The notes beneath the pieces are model-generated. The model did not search any database and had not been told where the DNA came from. It worked only from the letters and a program-made list of their open reading frames with translations. 64,000 nucleotides of DNA, from NCBI GenBank assembly GCA_965205605.1, contig CBDBHE010000002.1, positions 107,944 through 171,943 on the forward strand, read 5' to 3'. Of this stretch, positions 20,047-30,683 are shown piece by piece. Source of the stretch: Spirochaetota bacterium (GTDB lineage: Bacteria > Spirochaetota > UBA12135 > COTS27 > CBDBHE01). The position numbers were made by a program, and so were the translations under genes. Each line of letters starts with the position of its first letter. The first letter of the stretch is position 1.

Positions 20047-21469
20047 GTGAAAGTATTTATTTTTTCTATTTTTTTTACTACTTATTTATTTCAAGCAGCG
20101 ATGGCAAAGCATCATCGTGAAAAAAATAACAAACCTAATATTATTGTTATCATGGCAGATGACTTTAGTTATGAATATCTAAGTCTTTATCAAGACAAAG
20201 TTGCTCGCACCCCTAATCTAGATAAAATGGGAAGAAAAGGATTGCAATTCACTGAATTTCATGTGGCTCCTTTATGCACCCCTACAAGAAACAGAATCAT
20301 GACAGGAAAAAATAATTATAAGACTTATTTAGGGTTTGGTATGCTGGACCCCTAAACAAAAAACTTTTGGCCATTATATGAAAAAACTAGGCTATAAAAC
20401 ATGCATCGCTGGAAAGTGGCAACTAGGTAGAAGTTTAAAAATGGTTAAGCAACTGGGTTTTGATTCTTATTTTTTGTGGCACTTACTTTATAAGGCCAGA
20501 GATCGTTATTTCAATTCAAAAGCCTTCTTTAAAAATGGTGTTGAGTTGGATCAAAGCAAAAATGTATTTACCCCTGATTTAATAGCTGACTATGTTATCA
20601 ATTTTATTGAAACTAATAAAGATAAGCCCTTCTTTTGTTATTACCCTATGATGCTCCCCCATAATCCCTATATTGATGTCCCTGATGGCAAACAAGCTAC
20701 CACAGAAAGTGAAAAAATTGTCGAAATGATTCAACACATTGACAAAGTTGTAGGACGTATTAATAAAAAGCTAAGGGATTTGAAAATCGATGAAAAAACA
20801 GTTGTTATGTTTTTAGGAGATAATGGGGGAGCTCGTTTTGTTCGTAAGGGAAAGGGAGCAATTAATTATTATGGGACTCACAGCCCTCTCCTTGTTTCTT
20901 GGCCAAAGACGATTAAGCCAAAAATACATTTTGATTTAATTGATGTTGCTGATATTTTACCCACCATTGTAGGTTTAGCAGGTGGTAAAATAAAAGACAC
21001 CGAAATTGATGGCAAAAGTTTTTTAGGTCTTATTGATAAAAGTAAAAAATACACAAAAAGAGAGTATCTCTATATTGATTACTTTAAAAATCAACCTTTT
21101 AGGTTTCGATTAAAAGGAGAACTTGTTTATCCTGCTCAAATGATTTATGATGGCAACTATTTTTTTGCAAAGTCTGATAAAGCCAATAAAGATAATAAAC
21201 CTATTTATTATTTGCATAAAATTAAAAAAGGTTCTTTTAACAAGAGCGCTAATTTAGCCAATCAAAATAATAAAACCATAAAAAAAGTAATGACTAAATA
21301 TAAAAAAATAATTGCTATAAAAGAAAAAGATATTCGCCATTATAATAAAAAATTAATGAAGACAGATTTTCATTATTTACCAATGTCATCCCAAAATAAT
21401 AGATTGATGAAAAAACTTATCAAATACCAACTAAAGACCAAAGCAAAGTTTCTAGTACCCCTTCCTTAA
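20047..21469 (+). CDS. Secreted Cys-type sulfatase (+1 frameshift at ~20349-20352)
   Basis: Signal peptide, PNIIVIMADD, CTPTR (CxPxR), GKWQLG, PH and GDNG motifs. The two ORFs join if one C is removed from gaccccta. Confidence 0.88.
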
Positions 21470-21479
21470 TAGTTTCAAA

Positions 21480-22643
21480 AATTGTCTTGGTGATTTTAGA
21501 GAGTGGTTTTGGAAGAATAAAAGCAAGGATTTTTTTGAAAGGACCTTTTAAAAAAAGAAAGGTTGGGGAATGGCTTCGATATAGTTGATTCCCGAGTTGA
21601 CAGGGAGAATTTTATTTGAGATAGAGAAAAGAGTTGGGGAAGTAGTTGGATGAATGATTTGAGGAAAGATAGAGGTGGTTGAAGATTCAGCGGTGCTTCT
21701 AATTACGAATATAGTTATGAATGCCTGATTGTATTCTAGTTGCTTGATTACGTACTTTGTGACCGATTAAAATTTTTAAGTTAGTACTAAAAACAACAGA
21801 GAAATTTTCAAGTCTAAAAAATTCATTTGGATAATTCTCTGTGTTATCAGGGTTAGGATTGATAAAAAGGCTTACTGAAGGTCCATTATGAATCATTTAA
21901 AATATAATGATTGGTGTTTGCTAGATGGATTTGAGAAGAAGGGTAACCTGTCCAATTTTAAGGAAAGTTAATGGAATGAAATCCGGGCGTTGTTCTTCCA
22001 AGATTAATATTTCTTTCTAAAGAATCTTGTGCTTGATTAATGTTAATAAGTTTCAGTGATCCATCAAAATAACCTCAAGTACTTTTATGGCTGCAAGGAG
22101 CAGAAATAGTAGGACTTAAAGTAGCATTTTCATAAAAATTAACTGAAAATGGATATTATTCTCCAAGGTTTTCAGTGGTTTCTGTATCATTGACGATTCA
22201 AAGAGAGATTTTCACTTTGTTCTCGATTCCCTGCTATTTGAGTGCTTGCTTGAGGAGCAAAATCGGCAAAGTTTCGATAAATTTCAAATCCAAAAGGAGT
22301 TGCTTCTGAAACAGAATATTCATTAGTCAGCATAATTGTACGACCTACTCAAAAGCCATTATAGTTGATAATTAGGACAGAAAATAGCGTTTGTATAAGG
22401 GCTTCCTTAGATTTCCAAACGACTGTTTCTCGTTTGTATTCTAGAAGAAAAATGAAGATTGGTTTTCGTGGGTATCCCTTCTTTAGAATAAAACCAATCT
22501 TCCCATTCACTTTTTAAACTATTAAAGCTATTGGAATAAAAAAAAGAAATAGAGAACAGTAAATGAGTAGGAATGCTGATTAGTAATAGTAGAAATAAAG
22601 ATTTTAGAGAACAACCTAATTTGAAGAAAAATAAAAATTTCAT
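21480..22643 (-). pseudogene. Decayed exported protein with remnant C-terminal sorting-like domain
   Basis: Signal-peptide-like start at 22643. Protein-like reading is broken by several in-frame stops and frameshifts, and it ends near TTSIFPQIIHP...SGINYIE. Confidence 0.6.
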
Positions 22644-22807
22644 CTCTTTTCAATGTTAATAAAAAAAGATGGAATTGTTTTTTTTAAGTTTTATAAATTT
22701 TTTTTTAAAAAAACAAAAATAATGTTAAAGGTTTCAAAAAAAAATCGATAATTTAAAAGACTATTAGTATAAATTATTTATTGAAATAGTTTTTTTATGG
22801 GGGGTAA

Positions 22808-24517
22808 ATGAATCGATTATTAAAATATTTTAGAAAATTTCAAAATTCTTTTAAAAAAATATCTAATACTCAAAAAATAATTGTTATAGGAACTATTTTT
22901 GTTGTTGCTATTGCTTTAGTCATTACACTTAAAACATCTGGAAAACCAGTAGTTTCTTATCTTTTCAAAAGAGCCTTAACGTCAGAAGAGCTTGGAATCA
23001 TTACCGCTGAGCTTGAACGAATGAATTATTGGTATGATACCAAAGGTGACAAATTTATCTTAGTCAAAGATGAAGAAATAGGTAGAAAAATTAGAATTAA
23101 ACTGGCTCAAGAAAACAAACTCCCTACAGGTATTAAAGGTTGGGAAATTTTTGATATGAAAAGTTGGACGACAACGGAGTTTGATCGAAATGTCAAGCTT
23201 CATCGAGCTATCGAAGGAGAAATGAGAAGGCATTTAGAAGCTTTAGAATGGATTGAAATGGCGAAAGTTTCTATTTCTTATCCCAACAAACCTACTTTAT
23301 ATACCGATAGAGAAAAAGCAGTTGGTGCAGCGGTTTCGATTTTACCTGCTGAAGGATTTCATTCTTCTTTAAAGAAAAAAAATTATATTAAAGGGATTGA
23401 AAATATTATTGTTAAAACAATTGATGGCATTAGTCGAGAGAATATTACAATTACAGATCCGAATGGAGAACAAATCAATAATTTTTCTGATGAGGATTAC
23501 GAACACACTATTAAAAGAGCTATTGAAGAAGAAAAAATTATTAGTAAAAAAAGAAAACAAATTGAAGAAAAAGTGAAGCAACATTTATCGGGAATTCTTT
23601 CAGAAGATCGGTACAAAGTGTCTGTTGATATAGAGCTTAATTTTGATAGAAAGAGTTATGATCAAAAAGAAATTTTACCGATTGTTGTTAAAAGTCGGAC
23701 TCCAGGTTTGCCTTATGATGATAGTGTGATAAAAGAAAATATTAAAGTTAGTAGTAAAAAAAGTGAAGAAAATTTTAAAGGACAGGGTTTTATTCCAGAA
23801 GGTCCTCCGGGACAAGAGCCTAATATTCCTCCTGGTTATAAAGAAAATGTTGATAAATGGAATGTTTATAACAAAAATGAAAATATCGAAAATTTTTTAA
23901 ATGGAGAAAAAAACACCAAGCACAAAAATGATGCTTATGATATTGTAAGAAAATCAGTTGCGGTGACCGTTGATGGGACTTGGAAAAAAGAAATTGATGA
24001 AAAAGGAAAGTTTATTTTTGAAAATGATCATTTTAAAAGATTGTATACTCCTTATCCAGAAAATGATCTTAAGAAATTAATCAATCTTGTACAAGCGGCG
24101 ATTAATTACAACACCAAAAGAGGGGATGCTGTTGTAGTGAGAACTGTTTCTTTTGATCGTACAAAACAATTTATTTTAGAAGATAAAAATTATATTAAAG
24201 CTAAAAATTTAAGAAGAACCATTATTTTTGGATTTATTGTTTTAATTTTGCTTTTTATTGGGTCCATTTTTTACCGATTTATTATGAATGAGCTTGCTGA
24301 AAGAAGACGTATTAAAGAAAGAGAAGCTGCTAGATTAAGGCAACTACAAAGAGAAGAAGCTCTTAGATCTTTAGAAAATCAAGCAACTGGACAAGAATAT
24401 CAGTTATCTGAAGAAGATAGACAGCGGGTAGAACTTCAAGATAGAGTTGAAAAAATTGCTTCAGAACGTCCTGAAGATGTTGCTAAAGTCATTAAGACTT
24501 GGTTAGTTGGAGATTAA
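22808..24517 (+). CDS. fliF: Flagellar MS-ring protein
   Basis: Two TM segments, GWEIFD...TTTEFDR, spirochete-type PEGPPG motif, PEDVAKVIKTWL. Confidence 0.96.
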   Translation: MNRLLKYFRKFQNSFKKISNTQKIIVIGTIFVVAIALVITLKTSGKPVVSYLFKRALTSEELGIITAELERMNYWYDTKGDKFILVKDEEIGRKIRIKLAQENKLPTGIKGWEIFDMKSWTTTEFDRNVKLHRAIEGEMRRHLEALEWIEMAKVSISYPNKPTLYTDREKAVGAAVSILPAEGFHSSLKKKNYIKGIENIIVKTIDGISRENITITDPNGEQINNFSDEDYEHTIKRAIEEEKIISKKRKQIEEKVKQHLSGILSEDRYKVSVDIELNFDRKSYDQKEILPIVVKSRTPGLPYDDSVIKENIKVSSKKSEENFKGQGFIPEGPPGQEPNIPPGYKENVDKWNVYNKNENIENFLNGEKNTKHKNDAYDIVRKSVAVTVDGTWKKEIDEKGKFIFENDHFKRLYTPYPENDLKKLINLVQAAINYNTKRGDAVVVRTVSFDRTKQFILEDKNYIKAKNLRRTIIFGFIVLILLFIGSIFYRFIMNELAERRRIKEREAARLRQLQREEALRSLENQATGQEYQLSEEDRQRVELQDRVEKIASERPEDVAKVIKTWLVGD

Positions 24518-24556
24518 TTGTTAAAAAAGTTACAATTAAAGAAAAGGATTTAGAAA

Positions 24557-25576
24557 ATGTCAACAAAAAAGGAAGTTAAAAAACTTACGGGGCGTCAAAA
24601 AGCGGCTATTTTTATTATTTGTTTGGGTTCTGATAGAGCGTCTGATGTGATGAAACATTTAAAAGATGAAGAGGTAGAATCACTTACTTTTGAAATCTCT
24701 CGCTTAAATAACGTACAACCAGATCAAAAGGATCAAATTTTAAAAGAATTTCACGAACTTATTGTTGCACAAGATTTTATTTTAAATGGGGGCATTGATT
24801 ATGCTCGAGAAGTTTTAGAGCGCTCTTTAGGGTCTCAAAAAGCAATGGACATTGTTAATCGTATGACTTCTTCGCTTCAAGTGCGGCCTTTTGATCTTAT
24901 TAGAAGAACAGATCCTCAACATTTAGTCAATTTCATCCAATCTGAGCATCCTCAAACAATCGCTTTAGTCCTTTCTTACTTAGACCCTAAAAAAGCTTCT
25001 GAAATTTTGGCCCAATTAAATGTTGATATTCAAGCTGATGTTGCCAAAAGAATTGCAAAAATGGATAGAACGACACCAGAAGTTTTACGAGAAGTGGAAA
25101 GGGTTTTAGAAAGAAAATTATCAACTCTTTCTTCAGAAGATTTTAGTTCTGCTGGGGGAATTGATGCTACAGTAGAAATTTTAAATATGGCAGATCGATC
25201 TACAGAAAAAACAATTATAGAATCTTTAGAAGAAGAAGACCCTGAACTAGCTGAAGAAATTAAAAAACGAATGTTTGTTTTTGAAGATATTGTTTTACTT
25301 GATGATAAGTCAATTCAAAAAGTATTGAGGGAAGTTGACTCTTCAGATGTGCCTAAAGCTCTTAAAGCCGTTGATGATGAAGTGAAGGATAAGCTCTTTA
25401 GAAATATGAGTAAAAGAGGAGCTCAACTTTTAAAAGAAGATATGGAGTTTATGGGTCCTATTCGTCTTCACGATGTTGAAGAAGCTCAGCAAAGAATTGT
25501 AGCAACTATTAGAAAATTAGAGGATGATGGAGAGGTGATTATTGCAAGAGCTGGTGAAGAGGAGATGATTGTTTAA
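24557..25576 (+). CDS. fliG: Flagellar motor switch protein
   Basis: LTGRQKAAI, EHPQTIAL, MFVFEDI, EEAQQRIV. Confidence 0.97.
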   Translation: MSTKKEVKKLTGRQKAAIFIICLGSDRASDVMKHLKDEEVESLTFEISRLNNVQPDQKDQILKEFHELIVAQDFILNGGIDYAREVLERSLGSQKAMDIVNRMTSSLQVRPFDLIRRTDPQHLVNFIQSEHPQTIALVLSYLDPKKASEILAQLNVDIQADVAKRIAKMDRTTPEVLREVERVLERKLSTLSSEDFSSAGGIDATVEILNMADRSTEKTIIESLEEEDPELAEEIKKRMFVFEDIVLLDDKSIQKVLREVDSSDVPKALKAVDDEVKDKLFRNMSKRGAQLLKEDMEFMGPIRLHDVEEAQQRIVATIRKLEDDGEVIIARAGEEEMIV

Positions 25577-25596
25577 CAGGGAGATAACTTTACAAA

Positions 25597-26574
25597 ATGC
25601 CTGAAAAAATTTATAAACCATCTAGTTTTAAAGAAAACAAAGAAAAATTCTTAGTTAAGACCCCTGTTTTTAGAGGAAAGAAAAAGCAAAAATCGACCTT
25701 TAGTTCATCTCAAGATGTTGCTAATAAAAATCAAGCTGGTAATAAAGATAATTTTACTGAGCTTGACAATAAAGTTGAAGAAGATGTTAATGATGAATTT
25801 GTTTATCAAGAAAAAATAAAAGAACTTGAAAATGAAAAAATAAAGATTCAAAGTGAATATAAAGAAACCATTAAAAAAGCTGAGGAAGAATCAGAAAAAA
25901 TTATTGAATTTGCTGAGATAGGGGCTTTTAAAAGAATTAAAAATGCAAATGAAGAGTTTAAGCGAATCATTGACATTGCTAATGAAGAAAGCGAAAATGT
26001 ATTAAATGCTTCTAAAGTAAAATCAGACGATATCCTTAAGGAAACTGAAGATAAGAAAGAAGAAATTATAAAAAAAGCTTACAAAGAAGGGTTTGATAAA
26101 GGCCATCAAGATAGTTTTGATAGTTATAAACCAATTCTAGAAAAAACACTCGCTAAATTAGAGCAAATCATTAGCCAAGCTATTAATAAACGCAATGAAA
26201 TTATTGAAAGTAGTGAAAAACAATTAAGTGATATTTCTATTACGATTGCTAAAAAAATTATTAAATCTATTTCTGAAAGTGATCAAAGTATCATTATTAG
26301 AAATGTAACTGAATCGATACGAAAAATCAAAGGAAAAACTCGTATTACCATTAGAGTTAATATCAATGACTTAGAGCTTATTACGCATCATAAAGATGAG
26401 TTTTACCAAATGCTAAACAATATTGAACAAGTCAATATTTTAGAAGATCCTAATATTGAAAGGGGAGGTTGTGTTATTGAAACTGATTTTGGTGAAATCG
26501 ATGCTCGAATCTCTTCTCAGTTTAATAAAATTGAATCAGCTATTAAAAGAGCACAACCAATAACAGAGCTTTAA
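25597..26574 (+). CDS. fliH: Flagellar assembly protein
   Basis: AYKEGFDKG repeat, GGCVIETDFGEIDARI; between fliG and fliI. Confidence 0.93.
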   Translation: MPEKIYKPSSFKENKEKFLVKTPVFRGKKKQKSTFSSSQDVANKNQAGNKDNFTELDNKVEEDVNDEFVYQEKIKELENEKIKIQSEYKETIKKAEEESEKIIEFAEIGAFKRIKNANEEFKRIIDIANEESENVLNASKVKSDDILKETEDKKEEIIKKAYKEGFDKGHQDSFDSYKPILEKTLAKLEQIISQAINKRNEIIESSEKQLSDISITIAKKIIKSISESDQSIIIRNVTESIRKIKGKTRITIRVNINDLELITHHKDEFYQMLNNIEQVNILEDPNIERGGCVIETDFGEIDARISSQFNKIESAIKRAQPITEL

Positions 26575-26577
26575 AAA

Positions 26578-27948
26578 ATGAGTTCATTTAATTTTGATGA
26601 TATTAATGTACTTGATAAGTATACTTCTATTCTAGAAGATATCGATCCAATAAAAACTCAAGGAGTTGTTGTTTCCGTTAAAGGGCTCTTGATTGAGTCA
26701 CTCGGCCCTATCACAAAGGTTGGAGATATTTGTGATATTATTTTAACAAATGGCAAAACTGTTTGTGCAGAAGTGATTGGTTTTAGAAATAACTATATTC
26801 AACTGATGACTATGGGTAATATGGAGGGGATTATTAATGGGAGTAGGGTTATTTCAAAGCATTCTAGTTTATCGATTCCTGTTTCTGAAGAGTTTATTGG
26901 TAGAGTTGTGAATGCTTTAGGTGAGCCAGCAGATGGTCGTTCTTTTAGGTCTCATTCTGAAAAAAGAAGTGTTTTCGCAGAATCTCCAAACTATTATGAG
27001 CGTAAGTCAATAACGGAAGTTTTGTCTGTAGGGGTACAAGCTATTGATGGTCTTTTAACAGTTGGTAAGGGACAAAGAATTGGTATTTTTTCTGGCTCGG
27101 GAGTTGGTAAATCGACTTTATTAGCAATGATAGCAAAAAATACACAAGCCGATATTAATGTAGTGGCTTTAACGGGGGAAAGAGGAAGAGAAGTTAATGA
27201 ATTTATTAAAAATGATCTTGGAGAAGAAGGGATGAAAAAAACAATTGTTGTTGTTGCCACTTCAGATCAATCTCCTCTATCTAAAGTACGCTCTGTTTAT
27301 ACAGCAACTACCATAGCAGAATACTTTAGAGATAAAGGAAAGCATGTTTTGCTAATGATTGATTCTATTACCCGTTTAGCTTTAGCTCAAAGAGAAATCG
27401 GCTCTTCTTTAGGTGAACCTCCAACAACTAGAGCTTATACGCCTTCAGTTTTTAATATTCTTCCTAAAATTACTGAAAGAGCAGGGGTTAGTGATAAAGG
27501 AAGCATTACTGCTTTTTATACAATTTTAAGTGAAGGAGATGATATCGATGAGCCCATTTCGGATTTTATGAGGGGAATTTTAGATGGGCATATTATTCTT
27601 TCTAGAAAAAAAGCCAATAAAAACCATTACCCTTCTATCGAAGTTAACCAATCTATTAGTCGCCTTTCTATTAATGTTTGTTCTGAAAAGCATTATGCCG
27701 CTATTGGAAAAATGAAAGAATATTTGTCAGCCTATGAAGAAGTAGAAGATTTAATTCAAATAGGGGCTTATACTCGAGGAAGTAATCCATCCGCTGATAT
27801 AGCCATTAGCAAAATAGACCAAATTAATCAATTTTTAAAACAATCGATTCATGAAAAACCTTCTTTTGAAGAAAGTGTCGAGCAATTATTAATTATTTTG
27901 GGAATGGAGAAAAATTCAAGTTCTCAACTAGCTTCGCTTTTTGAGTAG
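26578..27948 (+). CDS. fliI: Flagellar export ATPase
   Basis: GSGVGKS Walker A, GERGRE, DSITR, LDGHI. Confidence 0.96.
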   Translation: MSSFNFDDINVLDKYTSILEDIDPIKTQGVVVSVKGLLIESLGPITKVGDICDIILTNGKTVCAEVIGFRNNYIQLMTMGNMEGIINGSRVISKHSSLSIPVSEEFIGRVVNALGEPADGRSFRSHSEKRSVFAESPNYYERKSITEVLSVGVQAIDGLLTVGKGQRIGIFSGSGVGKSTLLAMIAKNTQADINVVALTGERGREVNEFIKNDLGEEGMKKTIVVVATSDQSPLSKVRSVYTATTIAEYFRDKGKHVLLMIDSITRLALAQREIGSSLGEPPTTRAYTPSVFNILPKITERAGVSDKGSITAFYTILSEGDDIDEPISDFMRGILDGHIILSRKKANKNHYPSIEVNQSISRLSINVCSEKHYAAIGKMKEYLSAYEEVEDLIQIGAYTRGSNPSADIAISKIDQINQFLKQSIHEKPSFEESVEQLLIILGMEKNSSSQLASLFE

Positions 27949-28043
27949 CTTTTTTACTTTATTTTTTTAAAAAAAATAAAGTTATTTTCTTTAAGAATTT
28001 TTGACGATCTTATAAGAAGAGAAACAATTATTTGGCCTAAATA

Positions 28044-30668
28044 ATGGAAAAAAAAGATTTAGATTTAGCTGGAGCAGTTATAACCAGTTTAGAGCAAGGC
28101 GAGCTTCCATCCGTTGTTACTCCTGATCTTTTAGAAAGTTTTAAAGAAAAAATACCTCAAGATAAACTTAAGGAAAGTGTTGAAAAATATATAAATCCAT
28201 CTGATGTAAAACAAGAAAAAACAGAAATTTTTGAAGATCCAGAACTTTTAAAATCTTTACATGACAAAGAACAAAAAAAGGAAACTCCTGTTGATCAAGA
28301 GCAAGCTGAAAAAAGTACTCAAGGTGAGTTTGATGATTTATTTTCGGGTATAGATGATGATTTTTCAATTGAAGATGATTCGATTCCTAAAGAACCTGCT
28401 GAACCAACAGAAACCCAAGAGATAGAAGAACCTCTAAAAGATTCGATTCCTAAAGAATCTGTTGAACCAGCAGTTCTTGAAAAAGAACTAAATTTTAATG
28501 ATTTAGAGAAAAGCTTATCTTCTTATTTAGAAGAAGATGTGGGGACTTTAGAAGAGGTAGTCTCTTCAGTTGAAAAAGATAGTGAAGCCATTAAAGCCAT
28601 TAAATCTATTTCAGAATTTGGAGACTTAAAAGATCCTTTAGATAAAGAGCTGGAGGCTCCTTTTACTGAAGAGGAAGTTGATTCAGAAGATCTTTTTCAA
28701 CCGCCTAAGCAAGAAGCTAGCAGACAAGATGATGATGATCATAAAAAAGCTTTAACTATTTTACAAGGATACACGGAGCTTAATCAAAAAATTATTTATA
28801 AATCAATTGTTGAAAGTAGCGTTAGTAAAGGTGAAATAGAAATCATTGAGAAAATGATTCTCGGTGGTACTAATGAAGAAGATGTCGTTAAAAGTCTTTT
28901 TAATTTTTTAAAAGATAAAAAAGATGCTGTTTTAATAGATACGAAGCTTCAAAGGCAAGCTTATTATAAATCAACAGGAAAAGAACTTTTAGCCACTAAT
29001 TTATTTCCTTTAATTAGAATGTTTGCTATTGGTATTGTTGTCTTGATAGGTATTTTTTTTCTTTATCAATATGCTAATAAATATATTCGAGCTAATCAGT
29101 TTTATGAGAAAGGACTTGATTTTATAGAAGAAGATGCTTATTTAGAATCTAACGATATGTATCAAAAAGCGGTTAACCTTTGGCCTAATATTGAGAAAAT
29201 AAATGAATATGCTAATAAGTATATATCTTTGGGGCGTTTTTATGATGCACAAAAAAAGTATGAAGATGCTCTTAAATTAAAACCTAATCATTATTTAACA
29301 AAACTTAATTTTGCTAAGATGTATGTGATTAAAAAAGACTACCAAATTGCTGAAGATCGATTTAAAAAAATGACTGAAAGGCACCCTAAAAAAATAAAAA
29401 TTTTAGAGGAAATGGGAGAATTGTATTTAGATTGGGGTAATGAAGATAGGTCTAAATTTAGAAATGCAGATGCAACTTACAATTTAATCATGGCAAATAA
29501 AGGGCCTCATGCCAAGTATTTTGTTAAAAAAATGCATCTGGAAGCAAAAAGAAATAATTATTTAAAAGCTAAAATTTATTATAACAATGCTTTAATTTTA
29601 GATCCTAAATTTATTAATTTGAAATCACATGGCATTTGGGTAGATTATCTTCAAAATATTTATAACAATTTTTTTGAGCCTAAAAATGCCCACCGCTCTA
29701 AATATGATCAAGAACAACTTTTTATCGTTAGAACAATTAATGAATTAACTGAAAAAATTTATCAAAAAGATCAAGATCATTTTTTAAATTATTACTATGC
29801 TGCAAGATGGAATATGTCAGTTGATTCTTTAAATAAAGCCGAGAAATTTGCTAAGAAAGGAGTAGAATTATTTGAAAAAAAAGGAGGTTTTCTTCGTTTT
29901 GATGCTTCTAAACTATACAATATATTAGGAATGACTCAATATAAAAAAAATAATATTATTGAAGCTGTTAATGCTTTTCAAACTTCTTTGGATTTAAATC
30001 CAAGTACTTCTTTACCTAATTACTATATGGGGCATATTAGTTTTCATAAATTAGGTAATTTTGAAAAAGCAAAAGAGTATTTTAATACAGCTAAATTGTA
30101 TTGGAAAGAAGAAAAAAACCATTATTATGATGAGCTTTTATATAGTTTAGGTTATGTTTATTATCAAGAAGGTCTTGATAATAAAAATTTTTCTAGTGAA
30201 AGTTATCGAGAAGCTTTTAATTATTGGCAAGAGCTTTCGGATCGATACCCTAATAATTATTTATCTTCGTATGTTTCTGGTTTGGCTTATTTGTCTTTAA
30301 AAGAGTATGATTTAGCAGAAGCTCAATTTCGAGTTACTTTTGATTTATTAAAGCGATACATTAATGTTTATAAAGAAAATGGAGGCAGTGTTGCCAAGGA
30401 AATTAAACAAAAAGTTGAAGTATTAACAGATCTTTATAATAATATTGCGATTGCTCAAATGGGTAAATCTTATCAAAATATTAGACCGGTTTATAATAGA
30501 CAAAAATCTTTAAAAAATTTAATTAATGCGATTAGCTTGAAAGATCAAATGGGACTTACAAAAGGAATCCCTATTGCAAATTATAATTTAATTAATCATT
30601 CAAAAAATACCAGTATTAACAATTTTATTATTGCTAATAATTTTTTACCTAAAGTTTTTAATAATTAA
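28044..30668 (+). CDS. flcA: Periplasmic flagellar collar protein FlcA-like (acidic N-terminus, single TM, TPRs)
   Basis: Acidic disordered N-terminus, TM helix, then A..FYEKG and many TPRs. The architecture matches spirochete FlcA and it sits next to fliI. Confidence 0.6.
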   Translation: MEKKDLDLAGAVITSLEQGELPSVVTPDLLESFKEKIPQDKLKESVEKYINPSDVKQEKTEIFEDPELLKSLHDKEQKKETPVDQEQAEKSTQGEFDDLFSGIDDDFSIEDDSIPKEPAEPTETQEIEEPLKDSIPKESVEPAVLEKELNFNDLEKSLSSYLEEDVGTLEEVVSSVEKDSEAIKAIKSISEFGDLKDPLDKELEAPFTEEEVDSEDLFQPPKQEASRQDDDDHKKALTILQGYTELNQKIIYKSIVESSVSKGEIEIIEKMILGGTNEEDVVKSLFNFLKDKKDAVLIDTKLQRQAYYKSTGKELLATNLFPLIRMFAIGIVVLIGIFFLYQYANKYIRANQFYEKGLDFIEEDAYLESNDMYQKAVNLWPNIEKINEYANKYISLGRFYDAQKKYEDALKLKPNHYLTKLNFAKMYVIKKDYQIAEDRFKKMTERHPKKIKILEEMGELYLDWGNEDRSKFRNADATYNLIMANKGPHAKYFVKKMHLEAKRNNYLKAKIYYNNALILDPKFINLKSHGIWVDYLQNIYNNFFEPKNAHRSKYDQEQLFIVRTINELTEKIYQKDQDHFLNYYYAARWNMSVDSLNKAEKFAKKGVELFEKKGGFLRFDASKLYNILGMTQYKKNNIIEAVNAFQTSLDLNPSTSLPNYYMGHISFHKLGNFEKAKEYFNTAKLYWKEEKNHYYDELLYSLGYVYYQEGLDNKNFSSESYREAFNYWQELSDRYPNNYLSSYVSGLAYLSLKEYDLAEAQFRVTFDLLKRYINVYKENGGSVAKEIKQKVEVLTDLYNNIAIAQMGKSYQNIRPVYNRQKSLKNLINAISLKDQMGLTKGIPIANYNLINHSKNTSINNFIIANNFLPKVFNN

Positions 30669-30683
30669 TGCTAATTAATTATT

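Noticed and set aside
21480-22643. Stop-codon recoding as the explanation for in-frame stops
   Set aside because: The stops are a mix of TAA and TGA with frameshifts, and other genes in the window read normally in the standard bacterial code.
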